Below, in pieces: positions 63,801 to 64,000 of a stretch of 64,000 bases of DNA. This stretch comes from Adineta vaga. Its lineage: Eukaryota > Animalia > Rotifera. The notes under the pieces were generated by a model, which was given only the letters and a program-made list of their open reading frames with translations, was not told where the DNA came from and did no database searches. Every line of letters begins with the position of its first letter. Position 1 is the stretch's first letter. The DNA is taken from positions 3,162,001-3,226,000 of the forward strand of contig CP075496.1 in assembly GCA_021613535.1 (NCBI GenBank), read 5' to 3'. The position numbers and the translations under genes are program-made.

Positions 63801-64000
63801 ATTATGAGTCGATTGATCGACAAGCTGGTGTATACTCGGGAAATGTGAAACCAACGATCAATCAAACGCCACAACCATCTATTATAATGCAACAACAGCA
63901 GCAACAACAACAACAACAGCAACAGCAACAACAACAACAACAGCAGCTGCAACAATCTCATCAACAGCTATCTCACCAACAGCAACAACAAACGGCACCT
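60892..64000 (+). CDS. WNK: WNK (With-No-lysine) Ser/Thr kinase, 3' end runs off the window
   Basis: [10 protein letters not shown]...[28 protein letters not shown] (Lys in subdomain I, Cys at the usual Lys site), [46 protein letters not shown], then an autoinhibitory/CCT-like domain ([17 protein letters not shown]) and polyQ. Confidence 0.95.
63889..63990 (+). repeat. (CAA/CAG)n polyglutamine region in WNK
   Basis: Direct repeat in the coding frame. Confidence 0.9.

Noticed and set aside
63397-63964. Minus-strand ORFs including a poly-Leu ORF
   Set aside because: Antisense shadows of the WNK exon and its polyQ.
1-64000. Prokaryotic systems (CRISPR, defence operons), non-standard genetic code, clear horizontally acquired genes, tRNA/rRNA
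   Set aside because: Genes are intron-rich metazoan homologs ending in normal stops; no repeat-spacer array, RNA-gene signature or recognisably foreign enzyme was seen by eye.

Overview
AT-rich, gene-dense eukaryotic (metazoan) genomic DNA with many short (~50-65 bp) GT-AG introns and the standard genetic code. The intronless orphan GPCRs, NHL-repeat/EGF membrane protein and intron size are most consistent with a bdelloid rotifer (inference). Most ORF-track entries are exon fragments or antisense shadows. I reconstructed about 20 genes by hand: TEX47-like (partial), a two-EF-hand protein, a Fox-motif protein with no forkhead domain, four 7TM receptors, FHIP1/FAM160A, a disrupted NHL-EGF-TM gene, a two-DBD nuclear receptor, a nicotinic AChR alpha subunit, a minimal Parkin-like RBR ligase, a WSC/C-lectin TM protein, ubinuclein, an orphan TM protein, a two-RRM PTBP, CFAP95, a dystrobrevin/dystrotelin-like protein, SPT4, an ASH-domain CEP192-like protein and WNK kinase (partial). 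The most notable items are: the 2DBD nuclear receptor; an nAChR whose GEK cation-selectivity ring reads KKK; a Parkin lacking Ubl/RING0 and the RING2 His; a GPCR pair that is ~99% identical only inside the CDS; and several 'stripped-down' regulators. No prokaryotic features, RNA genes or intact transposons were recognised. Exon boundaries are manual predictions.
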